Source: an uncultured bacterium
GTDB taxonomy: Bacteria > Margulisbacteria > WOR-1 > CAVSGV01
DNA: 32,000 nt
Assembly (NCBI GenBank): GCA_963699255.1
Contig: OY969425.1
Span: forward strand, 210,001 to 242,000
Direction: 5' to 3'
In this document: piece after piece, positions 31,374 through 32,000 of the stretch
Numbering within the stretch: the stretch's first letter is position 1
Layout of the letters: each line of letters begins with the position of its first letter
Made by a program: the position numbers and the translations under genes
The notes under the pieces: model-generated
Seen by the model: only the letters and a program-made list of their open reading frames with translations
What the model was told of the DNA's origin: nothing
The model's database searches: none

Positions 31374-31446
31374 GCCGCCGTAGCTCAGCTGGTAGAGCAA
31401 CTGATTTGTAATCAGTAGGTCGGTGGTTCAAATCCACTCGGCGGCT
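31374..31446 (+). tRNA. tRNA-Thr (anticodon TGT)
   Basis: Acceptor GCCGCCG/CGGCGGC, anticodon loop TTTGTAA, T-loop TTCAAAT. No encoded CCA. Confidence 0.9.
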
Positions 31447-31461
31447 TAGCAATTAAGGAAG

Positions 31462-31571
31462 AATTAACAATGACACAATTAACAACAATGTAGCCTCGCT
31501 TGCGCTCGGCATTTATTATTTTTATATAATAATTTCATTGTTGTTCATTGTTAATTGAGAAATTGTTAATT
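31462..31571. repeat. long imperfect hairpin of the AATTAACAAT word family between tRNA-Thr and the MBL gene
   Basis: The left arm 31462-31490 (aattaacaatgacacaattaacaacaatg) pairs with the right arm 31536-31571 (cattgttgttcattgttaattgagaaattgttaatt). The loop contains CTCGCTTGCGCTCG (31495-31508), identical to 15174-15187. Confidence 0.65.
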
Positions 31572-31572
31572 T

Positions 31573-32000
31573 ATGATTATAAAAACTATCCAGGTCGGAC
31601 AACTAAGGACAAACTGCTACATCGTAGCCCCGGATTGTGCCATACAGGCTTCCTCACGTCGAAGCGGGCGGGCGGGAGAGACAAGAGAAGCCGTGATAAT
31701 CGATCCCGGTGATGAAGCTGAAAAAATTATCGATGTCATGGATTCCGAGAATCTTAGGCCTATACTTATCGTGAACACGCACATTCATCCCGATCATGTG
31801 GGAGGGAATTTCAGGCTGGCCGAGAAATACGGCATCGTCGCGGCGGCCGGCAAGGACGGCATCGATTTTATCGAAGGGATCAAAAAATATTTTGAAGTGT
31901 TCTCGGGCTTGAGCATCGAAAGCCTCGGCATCAAAAGATTCCTGAAGGATGGAGAGATCATAAGGATCGGGGACATTGACTTGAAGGTCATGGAAACGCC
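31573..32000 (+). CDS. MBL-fold metallo-hydrolase (GloB-like), partial (continues past window end)
   Basis: An open frame runs from ATG 31573 to the window end. It reads MIIKTIQVGQLRTNCYIV...AVIIDPG...NTHIHPDHVGGN (HxHxDH motif). It is absent from the ORF track because no stop lies in the window. Confidence 0.8.
   Translation, partial: MIIKTIQVGQLRTNCYIVAPDCAIQASSRRSGRAGETREAVIIDPGDEAEKIIDVMDSENLRPILIVNTHIHPDHVGGNFRLAEKYGIVAAAGKDGIDFIEGIKKYFEVFSGLSIESLGIKRFLKDGEIIRIGDIDLKVMET

Noticed and set aside
31213-31452. 79-aa minus-strand ORF.
   Set aside because: It lies entirely antisense to the two tRNA-Thr genes, so it is an artefact of the tRNA sequence.
31573-31700. Extra Ser/Arg-rich segment (PDCAIQASSRRSGRAGETRE) near the N-terminus of the MBL hydrolase, considered as an insertion of interest.
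   Set aside because: It is a short loop-length variation in a variable region of the fold. It cannot be evaluated on a partial gene without an alignment.

Overview
This is a densely coding 32-kb bacterial chromosomal segment. It probably comes from an uncultivated diderm lineage, but that taxonomy is inference only. I can support 31 protein-coding genes (two cut by the window edges), one frameshifted gene (lepA) and eight tRNA genes. I see no rRNA, CRISPR array, transposase, integrase, prophage or recognisable defence island. Gene content, left to right: (a) a minus-strand trio of poorly characterised genes: a partial ORF, a 521-aa orphan and a HAD-like hydrolase. (b) An Rrf2/IscR-like - nifS - iscU - mnmA Fe-S/thiolation operon followed by nadA. 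(c) A TPR protein, then hisG translationally coupled to a UPF0016/GDT1 transporter. (d) An acyl-AMP ligase - ACP - PlsC-type acyltransferase trio. (e) A PflX-type radical SAM gene, hemW and lepA. (f) A beta-barrel-like protein with three C-terminal SLH domains, followed by tRNA-Arg and tRNA-Ser genes. (g) Nitroreductase, an RRM RNA-binding protein, maf, dusB, tRNA-Ser, flavin reductase, an HNH endonuclease, tRNA-Phe and tRNA-Lys. (h) A PMP-repeat beta-helix lipoprotein. (i) A minus-strand group: GH5, two paralogous methyltransferase-fold proteins with a degenerate SAM loop, and a kinase-fold protein lacking the catalytic Asp. (j) tRNA-Asp, a TlpA/CcdA thiol-redox pair, two tRNA-Thr genes and a partial MBL hydrolase. 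Main observations: (1) -10 boxes sit exactly 7 nt before the start codon at six leading genes, predicting widespread leaderless mRNAs alongside strong Shine-Dalgarno sites inside operons. (2) Almost every intergenic spacer is built from a few families of short words arranged as long imperfect hairpins, GC-rich mini-hairpins or 7-8-nt tandem arrays. (3) The degenerate kinase / methyltransferase-fold / GH5 group is the best candidate for an undescribed function. (4) The orphan cluster at the left edge is a second candidate. (5) The SLH protein has its domains in the reverse order to known SLH outer-membrane tethers. (6) The RRM gene has a consensus promoter followed by a terminator inside its leader. 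(7) lepA is broken in a homopolymer at a site where a -1 slip would restore the protein. All functional calls rest on motifs I recognised by eye; no database search was run.
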